NCBI GenBank assembly: GCA_003344405.1 | Contig: NOWV01000107.1 | Location: 124,001 to 188,000, forward strand | DNA from: Trichoplax sp. H2 | Taxonomy: Eukaryota | Length of the DNA: 64,000 bases | Direction of reading: 5' to 3' | Shown: piece after piece, positions 1-13,759 of the stretch | Numbering within the stretch: the stretch's first letter is position 1 | Layout: each line of letters starts with the position of its first letter | The notes under the pieces: generated by a model | Seen by the model: only the letters and a program-made list of their open reading frames with translations | Told to the model about the DNA's origin: nothing | Database searches by the model: none | Translations under genes and position numbers: made by a program

Positions 1-853
1 TTTACAGTCACGTATCGCCAAGCATTTATATTGCTATGACATTCATCAATTATCTTTACGAGTATTATTGCATAATATACGGTATTATTTGATTATCATA
101 TTGTCATATTACAAGTAAGTAGTAAATTGATTACAAAAACATTATAATTTCGTAACGTACAGTACTTGTAGTTGGTAGAGTTTAGCAAATTTATAGCTTT
201 CGATTTGAAAGGGTTTTGGAAATAAGCCAGAAATGTCACTGTTGCAAAAATTTAAAATTAAATATTAGATGACGGTAATGTACTAAAAATTACGTTCTAG
301 TTTTAAAGATCTTGGCTTGTCATAGCAGATAACAATTACATCAGGTAATCTGAGAGAAATATTGGTTTTGATATTAATATTCAATACTGAACAAGAAGTA
401 CATAATATGAGAGAAAGAGAGGATTATGATGTAGTGAGATCGCTACAATAAAGCAGGGGAGGTCAAGTGCGCGAGCTTTACGAGCTAGTAAAACTACCTA
501 TTAATTAGATAGATAATAAAAGTTTTTTAAAAGATGAGAACATAGCATGAGATGTACTATAATGAGAAATAGTAGTCAGAGCATCCCACTTCTATGGTGA
601 GATTAGTCTTTGATACGACGAATTTAAATATTAATTTAGAAATATGCTAAAGTAGATGTAATATGGTAAAGTAAAAATAGACCGTATCGTTTATAGGAGC
701 ATATACTATCATGGCGATCGCTAAATTGGTATTTAACTCCTGTTGTAATATTGGTCTATTGCGTATTTAAAGTATACTTGTTGACTTAAGAAACATACAC
801 TATATAGTGCATGTCCAGTTACTTCCATACATTGTGTATTTATTCATACTTAC

Positions 854-3800
854 AGATATTTTAGGTGAGGATGAGCACTGAAGCTGTAATTAGCATGAGT
901 AATGCTTTGAGAGATTTTCCTGATCCCAATTATTGATGGTATAAAATAAACAAAGTTTAAGTGAGTATAATGCAATTGTTTTAATCTAGATATATTCATA
1001 TATAAAAAGAGTCTTCAAAACATTATAACAAGAACTGTAATTACTTATAAAACTGTTCTTTAATACATAAACTTGGATCATCTGACAAATCAAAGACTAA
1101 CTACTTTCAATCAAACTTTCGACGATTTGTATACTTATAAGTTACTGTAATATTTTAGCAAAATAACCATAGATTACCAACTAAGTCAGAAGATCAAAAC
1201 TAAATTTATCATCGATAGATCTATTATCGACCATCGCTTCTAATTGGTGTGCTACGATGAATTCTTTATAAAACTAAATTACTTAGTGTAATCGACTAGT
1301 TATCTTGAGGTTTCGATATATTCATCGTCATAGAAAAGCTACAATGCGTACCATAAATACACTTTTGAAAAAGATACTCTCACTGAACGAGTTATTGTGA
1401 AGAATCAGATTATGAAATTTAGTAAATGTAATATTGTGTTATGATGATCATACTTGACTACGAAGCGCAAGAATCACTGTAGTTATAATTACTTGTGTAA
1501 ATTATATGCTGTGAGCTAGTTCTCTAGAATTAGTCAGTAGATGTCTATGACTAGAAGTATTTCTGCTTTAATTTGGTTGTCTAGTATACATTAACTACTA
1601 CAATGTTACGATGTTTCATTAGTGTTAGCTGTCTGGTTAAGAGTATATAAGCTCGACAGACAGTGGAGCAAGATCAATTTCCTAGTTGTTAGCGTAAAAG
1701 CAAAGACTTCTTTAATTTCTGTAAAAAAGTCAATAGAAATTGAATCCCAGAGACGTTGGGTGTTAAGAGATTAGTTTTTACGTAGTCCTTATTGCGAAGC
1801 TGTACTGTGATAGATACTTGCCTAGTCTTGTAATCAAATGTACAACTTACACTATTCTCTTACTATATTTTAATTTTAGGAATTGCTCTAATGTTTAGAC
1901 GTTCTTTAAGTTTAGAACATAGATTTTAGAAATTGTTAACTTGAAAGTTAAAATTTCAAGTAATAAAATATATATTATTTGTTAATATTTCGTACGTACG
2001 CGTGTATAGGGCAGAAATTAGGTGTTAACTACCTATATGCAATAGAGAAGTAGCTCTACTATGTTGATAAATAGGGGGCCTGTACTAACATTAGTTGGAG
2101 CTTGTTAAAGTTGGATATAGCACTAACTTCGCCATCTCTAAGGTCCATACCACTGGCATCTCTATAAAGCAATGTAGATATTATGGTTATATAATTGTTA
2201 AGAGGCATTTTGTTGCTATTACGGTTATTTTATTAATAATCAAAGGCCTGCGCTAAATCACAACTTATTGATTTATTTTATATTTCTAAAGCTATAATAG
2301 CTATAAAATTGCGCGTAATTTCTCCATTAATGAAGGTATTCATTACTGAATTACCAGATGTAGACATACTTACAGACGAAGTGTATTTCTGAAAATATGG
2401 AAGGCACCTGTACTTAAATTTGTTTGTTTATGGACTATTTCGTTACTACGAAGTATACTTTTATGATATCCAAGATAAAATGATAGAATAGTTAAGGTAT
2501 TCATTTAAAGTGATAATTTTACTTTTTTGTATAAATAAACTCTAATAGTGCATCCTAATTATTATAAGATTGCGTTCTGAATAAAAGAAAATAGTAGAAT
2601 ATAGATGCTATTGCATGTGTGTAGTACGAATGGACATGATATTGAGTATAGACGGAGATGCCTTACACCGTTTTGAATCTTTTAAAAGGTGATGCTGAAG
2701 TTAAACCATGATAATTTGATATATCGTTTCCATTAAGATATCTAAATAATGATATAGATAATCTAAATTAACTTCCTATCTCATAAATATATTTTCAGAT
2801 TTAATTTAATACGATTTCATCTAGCGTATTTTAATATGAAATTATTTAATAAAGTCGAACGAAAATTGAAATCACTTACAATACGAATAATCTTGAAAAT
2901 TTGGATAAGTCTGCTACATCCAAACTTGTTAATAAGTTGTTACTAGCAATTCTATGGTGTTGAAGAAAAATACATATTATAAATCTAATAACAATTTTAG
3001 CAATTCTTAGTCTACTTCTATTGATTTTTATATTCTTTGTATAAGGATTACAGTCATAATATGCATAACTATATGGCTGTTCTAAGTACCAGAATGTCAA
3101 GCTGGTCACTAATTGCGTTTTACAGACCATGACGTAAAGCTACTCTTTAGCACTTGTAAGTTACCGATAATCTGTGTTTTATTTTGAGTTGTAATAAATA
3201 ATCTTACAATTCTCCTAAACTGTGCCAACAGTATCTCAGTCCTTCTACATTGAATGCCTTCAAATAATTCCACCAAATGATTCTGACATATAATGTCAAT
3301 GCCATTTTAATAAATGTTACAATAAGAATTATTTACAATATGATTCGATTTATTTACAGTTACTACTTCTTCATATAAAAATTCTTTCCAATATCGTATT
3401 CCTGAACTATGATCAGTAATTACTGTGTCAATAAGTATTTATACACAACGCTGAAAAAGGTAGCGGATATAAAAACTTTATAGTGCGATAATGAATACAT
3501 AAACATGTCTGCGTATGAAATTGAGATAGAGTTGATTAAAGTATGTGCAAGAAGTAGTTCAGGAAATTTAACAGTCTTCTTCTCGCGTAAATAAATATTA
3601 GATAAAAAAGATAGGTCTGTATAAGCTGATAATTAAATTTTAATTACAGTTACACCGTTCGAGAAACGTTATAATTTGATACACATATTAACTAGCTTTT
3701 AATAAGCTCAGATTTATGATCTTTTATCGAAGAATGGAATAATTTGACATGTGTCCAGAATTAGTAAAAGTTAAGGTAATACTGAAATATAGGCTTCGAA

Positions 3801-6800
3801 CATAAGAAAATTTTTAATATGACAGATATGCTCGTATAATTATATAGTTACAGTAATTGTAGTCCACGTAAACCTTTGCATATATTTTCATCAAATTCTT
3901 CAAAATAGTTATTGCCTAAATGCCTTCGCATCAAAATAGGGAAAGTATTCCCAAATAAAATTTATTTATACGAGTATCTATTTTTGAAGTCGATAGGTAA
4001 TAAAACAATTGACCAGAATACTTACAATTTCGAAATATATGGCGTGCTTAAAAAAATACCATTTGGTAAACGAGTTAAATTGTTGCGTTTTAAAAACCTG
4101 ATTTAATGCAATATAAACATTTTATTTTTCGGTGATAAAAGGCATTTTTTCATATGATTTAGATCAAACTTATCGCTCTTTTCAATTATAGTTGCATAAA
4201 GTATTTAAAATGCAATAATATGAGGGCCATTTACAATTCTCGAAGTGAGCGTAGTCCATAAAATGTTCGGTTTGTCAGGACACTGAGCGTGTTATTAGAT
4301 AAGTCGCTGAAATAGATAAATTTAAAATTGGCTTTATTACGGAATATTAAGATGGTATCAATATCAGTTTTAGGTATCTTAAAATAGTATTAAATATAGT
4401 TATGAAGTAAATAACTAATTGAAAAGCTACTAAATAAGAATCACGGACTAAAGCTCCTACAATGCTAAAATTTAATGTTAATCCGTTATTTTTGTAAGTT
4501 GTTGAATATTTTAGTATTAATTCGATACAGGTGCATAATATCGACTTTAAACTACGAGTAAAATTTATTTTAATCTGCTATGACACTATTGTAGTGAGAA
4601 CTGTTCCTATCCCTACGGCAGTAATAATTGTAGCGGATAAAAGCTTTATTACTAAATAATTATTATAGAATATTACGACAATTAAAACATTATTGATGAA
4701 TATTACGGCCGTAAACATAAACAAGGTAAAAAAATGCACTACTAGATCCAAAACTGAATTCCGTATTCAAAGAGACTGACTTATTGACAAACATGCTTAG
4801 TAAAACGTTCTTCCAGGTCAAGTTCTCTCAGACTACAATCGAAATCTATTTCATAGAATTCCGTAACCGGCTCTCACATTTAGCATGGCATCTTATAACA
4901 TGGAGTTCCAAGTGAGGTTTGATTGTTATCTCTGACGCTCTAATAGCATTCGACAATCTTATCGTCTTAATATCTGTAATACCTTTGACACCACTAAACT
5001 AGCTATTTATCGTCAGGGGTATACATCTTACAGTAGAACATATTTTTTCCGCGTATACTACAAATTTGATGAGCTTTGCCTCATTGATGTTACTATAAAG
5101 CAACATCGATTTATGATATTACTATGAAATATAATGATAGAAGTTCTCTAAATGTCCCTTTAATAGTAGTCGTTATACTATTTTGTAGAGCCTATTTTCC
5201 TATATAGATTAAAAACTTGTTGAACTTTGCCTCACTGATGATACGATATGGTAATATTGATTCATGATATTNNNNNNNNNNNNNNNNNNNNGTCAGTATT
5301 TAGCTAATGGATCATATTGGTAAGCATAATTGAAATTAAGAATGTTAATGTCTAGATTGCTAGACGACAAAAGGCATAATTGTATTTGCAATTAATTAGT
5401 AGAGCCTATATACAGTAGATATTAATAATGACGATACGTTAGCACCCGCTACGTACGCGCGATTATCATGCATTTATCGTGCGATTATCGCGCATTTATC
5501 GTGTGATTATCGCGCATTTATCGTGCGATTATCGCGCATTTATCGTGTGACTATCGCGCACTTATCGTGCGATTATCGCGTATACAAATCATATAAATCT
5601 TATATTATCAAGTTACTATGTGTGCATGTTACGGTACGAACTACCGTGAAGAAATAGCTATCTAAATTTGGTTAATATAATATAATGATATTATATTACA
5701 ACTAGTTATTTACTATAGGAATTACTCTAATTATAAATGTGTTACAGTAAATTTAATGCTGTACTGTAATGTGCTCTGAAATGATTCTGTGAATGGACAT
5801 ATTGTAGTCCGATTGTGAAAAACTAGTTATCTCACCTAAGTATTTTTATAAGATGACTTGTGAATGTTAGCTACTGTAGAAGGGTATATAAGCCCGTCAG
5901 ATAGTTGAATAAAGCAGTTCTCAATTGTATAGTTGTTTTAACGTAGAATCAAAGGCGTCTAAATTCTTGTGAGTAGGAATACTGAATCCCGGAGACTATA
6001 GAGATTTAAAGGTTTGTTTTACGTTATCCTTGTCACGAAGCTAGTTTGTGACAGTGCACCATAAATTTAGTGGAATGGTATGAAAGGACGAGCGAATGCT
6101 CAGTTCCTAAGTTCCTTATTAGATCGTGTACGAGATGGTACTCGGCTACTCTACTAATAAAAACTATACTAATCTTTTAGAACAGTCTTATCCCTGTGTG
6201 ACCGAAAGTAGTAAAGAACTACCTACCACACAGTAGATCTCCAGGTGTAGTGGAGCAAGGCATAAGTAATCTATTAGTTTAGTGTAGTAGTTCGCAACAT
6301 AAGTTTGTGACAAACATATTTTTTCCGTGTATACTACAAATTTGATGAGCTTTGCCTCACTGATGTTACTATATAGCAACATCGATTTATGATATTACTA
6401 TGAAATATAATGATAGAAGTTCTCTAAATGTCCCTTTACAAGTAGTCGTTATACTATTTTGTAGAGCCTATTTTCCTATATAGATTAAAAACTTGTTGAA
6501 CTTTGCCTCACTGATGATACGATATGGTAATATTGATTCATGATATTACTAAAATTTACATTAAATATAACAAACGAAGTTCTCTAAATGCACCATCGCA
6601 AATACTTCTTATTCCGTTTGAAAACAAACGCCTTAAAAAATAGAAAAATCAGATAATACGTTGTCTCGTTAATTAGTGGTTGCAATTCGTAATTACAAAC
6701 ATCAACATCCCTTACAATCTTCGCAATCGAGGTAAATGAGAAAAAACACCACATTCGACTCTAGGTAATGATTGATAAGCGAAATCACTGGATAATAAAA

Positions 6801-9800
6801 TACAAGCAAATGATGGCAAATGTTAATGCAGTATACAGTGAGCCTTAAATGCCTTATTATTAGCGAGTTACTTAGTAAAAAAATTGTGCCGATAATATAT
6901 AGGTATGTTAAATTTTTCTGTCGCGACAATTACACAAATTCAATGTTTATCTATAATACTGTCCTTTCTATTTGATATTTACAGTATTGTCAGCCTTGGA
7001 TGACGAAAAGCTCCCATAGCTATTTTGTTAATCTTATTATTGATGAAGAAACTGAAATTGTTTCAAGAGAAATTTTAGATTACAGTAGAGAAGTTGATTA
7101 ATTAGGCAAGTACCAAATAATTAAAAGTAGGAGCGGCGCTAATTTTCTAATATATAACACTTATTTAATTTAAACTTTGCCTTCCGTATAAAATTGGCAT
7201 CTCAGATAAAATATTGCTGGTTATTGCTTGAATTGGATTTTGTCTAAGATTTCTAAAATTTTCGATAAGGTAGAGAGTTTAATACATTTAATTACCGATG
7301 ATACCAGCTTAATCGTGACTGCTGCAATGTAATATAGGTACTAGCGAAACAAATTTAAAATTTAGTACATGTCTACGCGACTAGATTTGAAATCGTATAG
7401 TTATTGTTTCATAACATTATAAAATTCTAACATATGCGTTATTATATAATAAGTAGAAATAACGCTACAAGGTGAATATTACTGTTCTAGAAGAGCAGTA
7501 GAAATAGATAGAGTAAACTATTAAAATTGTGTTACAAGAAGATGGATTATTAAGTGGCAATAAATATATATTTCTGTTATCACTATACGAGAATTCTTCG
7601 ACTTACAAAATTCGAAGACCACGTAAACCGCGAAAAGTCTCTTTAGTAATATTTAGAATGTTGTTGAAGTCCAAATTTCTACACTCAACGTTTTAAGCAG
7701 TTGCTTAAATGCACAAAATTGTAATTGGAGCTAACAAAATTGCTACATTAACGTAATTCACATACATATCTTGTAACCGGTGAGAATTTTTGAAGGTTCC
7801 ATTAGGAAGATTTCGAATATACGCACCTTCAAAATTCCTAAAATTATCAAAACATAATTAGCCTCGTAAACGCGTATTATATCACAGTATAGATATATTT
7901 ATTTGCTAAAGCAATTTATAGAGAAACGGGTAGTTACTTTCGGTATTGCTTGTTTAACGATGAAATTGTTAACAAATGCTGGTAGTTATATCGACTTAAG
8001 TGATTAGTTTTCAGTTTAGATATTTACACTATTTTTAATGTCTAACTTACAATGACAGGAGATTGGGTAATGCTTGCAAGAAGCCGTCATCCAAAGAATA
8101 TACTAACGTATGTAGAAGTTTTCTGAAATATTGCCAATGTTTTGTTGTATGAGATAAACAAGCTAATATCTTACTAAAACAATTTTTTATAGTATACGCT
8201 CGTAAATGTCACACATGTATTTATGCTAGCACGTATACTGACGGAATCTAGTTAAGAATAAATTAATTCAAATCATAATGCTTTAATCTCGAATTCTTTT
8301 GTTTATAATAAAGTGCTGCTGAAGCTAAGTCTTCTATTGATTTTTAGATTATAATTTAGTAGTTTGAACTTATATTAATCAGAAAAAATCAATCATCAGT
8401 ATTAAAATTTTTCTCACAAATATTGTAGGCGTTGCAAACACTTAAAGGCCGTCCGAGGTAAGGAGTGGAGAGGGTTGTTTGATAGATGGCTGTTATACAA
8501 GATCAGAAAAATTAATTTACTAACATTACTAAAGACTATATCGACTGTATAAATTTTAATGATATTAGTCATAAGAATTTAGTAAATCAATAATTTAGCT
8601 ATGTTTTAAGTATCTTACAGAAATTTTAATCTTTCCATTCCGCTAAAGGCATGCTCCTCAAGTTTTTTAATGCGGTTTAGTGTCAAGTCTCTAGATTTAA
8701 CGATATAAATGCCGTTAGCGATGTAGGTAGAAGCTTCAAGTGGATAGTATTTTTTTACGAAATAATCACCCTTTCTTTAATCTTAGAAGATTGTAATCTG
8801 TAGCCAGGCTTGCTTGATTTATGTTAACTATTTTAGCTTATTAATTAAAAGCTAATGAACTCTTTGCTGACATGCTACACAGCTTTTATACTACCATACC
8901 TTCTATAAGCTCTCTATTATCGAGTATGACCAAGATACTTAATGATGCAATAAATACGTAATTCACAATATAGTCAATGAAATTAGATATAACGATGGAA
9001 AATAAAAGCATTTATAAAGGGTATATTATTAGTCTGTACATTTGCTATATGATTTTAAAAAAATACTTTAGTTTTGAAACGGATAAAGTGACTCTTAAAG
9101 GTTCATTGATACTACAATTTTGATGACATACAGTTTTAGCAGGACCTTCTGATGCTTGAATAGATAGTTTGGGATTATTTTTAAGTAGTTATCAGCCATC
9201 TGCCTAATATGCAATACCAAAAGTAAAGATGAATGGTGGTATGTTATGATAATGTCATTTAAGACTGCATTCTACGTTTTTAAAAGTATTCTTATTCACA
9301 GCCTTTCAGATACTGGAAAGAATCCTACAAGTTTTATGGAGTAATTAAAACAATCCTACTTATTGGGAATAAAGCTGTACGGTAGATAATGAGAAATGAA
9401 AAATAGAAGTATCGATAAATCGCTACCGTACAAGAGTCGCAGATTTGGCAGGTTCTGAAGTGCTTCTGATAAATTCTCATTTGTAATCATATTATCTTTG
9501 ATATTGCTAGAGTTTAGTAAAAAAAGTATGATTAAAGAGGTCGCTATCAAAAATATGATAAATATATAAGTCGGTCTATAATTGGTATATTCCAATCTAT
9601 TATCAAGTTTAAGATTATAGTACTTGTAGTTTTATTTACAGTGCAATAATCCAGGGTTGTGTAACGTTGGGATCAATTGGAAATTTTATATAGTAGTTAT
9701 CCTGAAACGAACTATATATGAAATTTATTCCAAAAATTTAGGCATGATAAGTTTTAAGTAATATTTCTTTCTAAACTTTGTTATTGTAACTAGAAAGGAG

Positions 9801-12667
9801 TTTTATTGGCGCCACTTGCTTTGCTATAAATCAGAGCAGAAATAATGATCATGTTACTAACACGTGCTGGTATGGAATCATCATTCGCTTGATGCTTTTA
9901 GTCCTGCGACCACTCTCACACTTCATATAACTTAAGCCACATACGCATCCGGCAATACATGGAAGTTTAACTAAATAACCAATAGAATTTTATTAATTTA
10001 TATATTATGATTACAAGTCGACAATGATAGCCTTAGGAGATTAAGTTAACCAGATAGTCTATAATATATAGTCAGTTAACTACTGAACCAGTTTTAGGGC
10101 TACCTAACTTATATTAGAAATCAATCGCTGAAATCTATCAAATAATTTTACTATCGGTTAATGGATACGATATATGGCACTTTTAATCACTTAAAAAAGA
10201 ATATTTGCATTACAGTTTGTGTTGGAATCGAATTAGTATTGTTACTTTAATCTATTTAATGAAGCTATACATTTATCTCTCCTTAATTTTGTTGCATCTT
10301 AGAGAAGAATTTTAATTTACTGAAGTTAAAGTTTCGAAATTGAATGGTTACTTTCGATTCTTACCGCAGCTTGCGTTTTGTGTTGATTGCGTTCGTGTAT
10401 CGAATTTCCATAAGGGGCAGGTTAAAGGCTTGCATACTATATTGCCATAATAGGCATAAGAGTCAGCCAATATACTTTAATCGTAGATATTGTACTTATT
10501 CGTGCTGTATAAACTTACATTGTGTATATACGATTCCATCGTTTAATGAACATGAATTTCCTTTGCAACTGGTTACACTATTTTGAACTGCTGTGGCATT
10601 AATTGGAGCTAAAATTTAAAGCAAATTTCAGAAATGGACTATTGTAAGCCTTGAAATAATTGCCTTGGATTAAAAATATCTATGTGTACGGTTTTACTCT
10701 AAACTGGGTAACGCTAGTAGGTACAATCTCACTTAGAATTAATAGATACCACGCACTTTAGAAATAATTTTTTGTAACTTATTAAAATATGCAGCACTGC
10801 TAGAGTGTCTATTCACTCGATAGTGTTTTTATCTTAAATTGATTTCAGTAGCATATCGAAAAATAGACCACATAAACCAATGAAAAATTAATGTTGATAT
10901 TATCTACATTGTATGTATAGTAGATAATAAGTTAGGTTAATTGTTGTAAGAAGACAATTTCGTTTTACTTAAAGTAAAAAGAAGAGGAAGCTATGATTTC
11001 ATTGACTTAGTATAATGAAAAGTTAGTGATGACTACTTGTGGTCCTGATGAATAAATCACAGTGTCTTATTGTACTTATGACGTAATAGCTAATAAAGGA
11101 CATCATTCTTGAATAAGTATTATCATATTAATAGAAATTTTTTTATGAGGTAAAAAGAAGTAAACGCATTTATTGTCGATGAATATTAAAGATCGCTATT
11201 GCATTATTAATTAATTTGATGAAATGTTCTGCTGAAAAATTTTAGAGCAAATTTATAATATCTTTCCAATAATCATCTAGTAATAATGACTCAGTATGCA
11301 TTTCACAGGAGAAATTAGATATAAAGTATAAACTGGAAATGACCGCTTAGTAAATGGAGAAAAACGGTAAAAGTTGTTATGATATTATGAATGTTGAATA
11401 GTTTTATTAGTGTCAGAAAACCATCGCTCACATACATACCTCTAGTAAGACTAAACTATGGATCTAAGCATTGAAATTTGCACTAATTCATGCCTTCATT
11501 GAAATTGCTCTAACATTTGAATATGGCTATTTTAGAACATATCCGTAAGAAAAAATTGTCTTGTTGAGTAGTATAAGACATACAGTACTGTAATACTGCA
11601 GTTTGAGCCTTCAAATATTCATACTTTTGGGCAGTGATGATGTAAAAATTTGACAGATATTACGTCCAGCTGTAGTTGTAACAATATTAGCGCAGATAAA
11701 CCTACTTTGATTTAGTTGCCTAAAATTGTCTTGGTAAAGCTGTATTAATAACCTAATTCATGCATCATAGGCCGTATAACAAGTTAGCGAAGATTCGATA
11801 TAAATTCGTTGAAGTAATGTTCAGCCCGCAAATTCTATTTGCAATCATTCTCTCTGATATTAACTTTATCCTGTTTATTACTTGTAAGTTTCATAAAACC
11901 TCGATTACGGTTATGTCGGCATCATGTTACCAATGAAAATTTGTAAAATGGAAGTTAACACTACCAGAAAATTCGACACATTCTAGGATTACTGTCTGGC
12001 TCCTGTCCTCAACACTTTATCTATGAAGTACAACACTATACTGGCAGTCCTTCCATCGTCAGGAAGCCGTTACTTCATCTCTTATAGTCTAAAACTTTCA
12101 TTCTAAACTATACTGAGAAATCAGCTAATGTATGGTGATATCGCATGAACATTCATGATCAGCGCTTAGATTACATTATAAAGTATGCTAATATCTATAG
12201 AAAAGCATATAAAACATCATAGATAAATCACTATCAGTACATTCTTGGATAAGTTATTTTATGATAGCTCTATACGTTTTTTTTCATGCTACTAACTATA
12301 ATAAGACGACTATGTTTTTTCACCTAAATTATTCTTGGTAATCTTTGCTGATACAATAAACTCGTATATTCATTACAAACTTCTATTTCAAATAGTCTTA
12401 CCACATCCAATTTCATCATATTGATTTTTACAATCGACTTGACAGTCGCAAAATTGTTCGAGTTGTATGTTTTGCACGGTATTGCCGCAGTGTAGAGCGT
12501 TCGCAACTAGAGCAATTTACGAATATTTCATAAATAAAGACTGAAGTACATCTAAAGATGGGTCAAATACTCATTCTTATTTAACCAACTGAAATATTTT
12601 TACCGTGGTTATAAATCAGGGCTATAGCAAATAATATCAACCATTGATCAATATGACCTAGCGCCAT
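854..12667 (-). CDS. Tandem paralog of the LRR-GPCR (gene B), N-terminal part only; 3' end probably outside the window
   Basis: Signal-like exon 12604-12667 (MALGHIDQWLILFAIALIYNH); Cys-rich exons at ~10520-10607, 10365-10436 and 9862-9970 (LPCIAGCVCGLSYMKC, 109 nt as in gene A). LRR exons e.g. 9640-9711, 8619-8690, 8418-8489, 8051-8122, 7766-7837, 7607-7678, 6716-6787, 6560-6631, 4235-4306, 4026-4097, 3852-3923, 3208-3282, 2880-2951 and 854-919. The last (KISQSITHANYSFSAHPHLKYL) matches gene A exon 34239-34304 (NIAACRIHSNYSFSHHPKLKYL). Confidence 0.85.
1427..1811 (+). mobile_element. Diverged LTR-like relic related to family 1
   Basis: Shares ordered blocks with family 1: GTATATAAGC, TGAATCCC.GAGAC, TTTTACGT..TCCTT, CGAAGCTG..TGTGA. 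No clear TSD; left boundary approximate. Confidence 0.5.
5457..5580. repeat. 22-bp minisatellite (GATTATCGCGCATTTATCGTGY), ~5.5 copies
   Basis: Directly visible CpG-rich tandem units inside the 5292-6312 element. Confidence 0.9.
5627..6053 (+). mobile_element. Solo LTR (family 1) in an intron of gene B
   Basis: TGTTAC...GTGACA termini, TATA-like GGGTATATAAG, AATAAA and a perfect 5-bp TSD GTGCA (5622-5626 / 6054-6058). Close copy at 23898-24340. Confidence 0.85.
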
Positions 12668-13759
12668 GTTACTTCAAGTATTTACCAATACTAATGCTTG
12701 GATTGAAACGGTTGATAAGCAAACGGAAAAGTATATGTGTATGCAGAATTTATTAGGTAATATCAATAAATTGGCTAGAAGGTCACCACAATAACATTGC
12801 GAGCCAGTGGGCGAACTTGACATATGATGTAATAAACGGTGGAAATAAATTATCCACAGAAAGTTGGTATCATTATACTGTAATTAGGTCAAATATTACA
12901 GACTGTTTTGAGTAGGATGGTTCCGGATTTGCAACAGTTATAACGTTGCTATTTTAGTTTTGGGAATTATGGAACCTAATCAAAGCCACTATTGTCTATA
13001 ATGATAATTGTACTTAAATAAATATTTTGAAATGATAAAAATAAAAGTTATGTTTCGTAGCAACTAACCTGCGCGTCGTCAATGCTTTAGAATACTGACT
13101 TGTGATGTTATAACCTCAGTATACAGTTATAATTCTGTATTGCAACTCAGATTTTATACCAGTAGAGCAATATTCTTTATATAATGAACCGAGACACGAG
13201 ACAAAACTCAAATCTGTAATCACTCATTACTTTATTCACGATAGATCTTATTCATTGGAGAAATTCTCCACATATAAGCAAATTATTAATATTGTCTCTA
13301 GTCTCCGTTCGATTTCGAAATATTAGTAAGTACATAAAGAGTTTCTTCTACATTGTTCTAATTTTTTTAAATTGGTCATTTATTTATTATTTTTAATATC
13401 AAAATATGCTAATGATTAGTTTTTAATAGGTTGATATGAATAACCTACATCATTAAATGTGTCTGGGCTTTCTAAGTGTATCATTATTCTAAGGGCGTAC
13501 TAAATTATAAAATTTGTGCTTTATGATATTAGCAGCATGATAGTATATGGTAGCCTATAAATTATTTATAAATCAGAGTGCAAATGATGAAAAGTTTATT
13601 TATAATATAATATCATTATTGAACTCTTGGACGGGACGGTAATGGTAGATCTTGGAACGCTTATGGGGTAACCCGCAATCTTACCATGCCCCAGGATGAT
13701 TTATCCAGGTATTGATCTATGCTAATCAGGTTTCTACTTAAACACCTGAGCTATTCCTA

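Larger units (their letters stand above)
5292..6312 (+). mobile_element. Right part of an LTR-like insertion hosting the nested 5627-6053 LTR; left end lost in the gap
   Basis: Ends ..AAGTTTGTGACA at 6312, followed by AACAT and sequence duplicating 5037-5271, where no element precedes AACAT. Confidence 0.55.
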
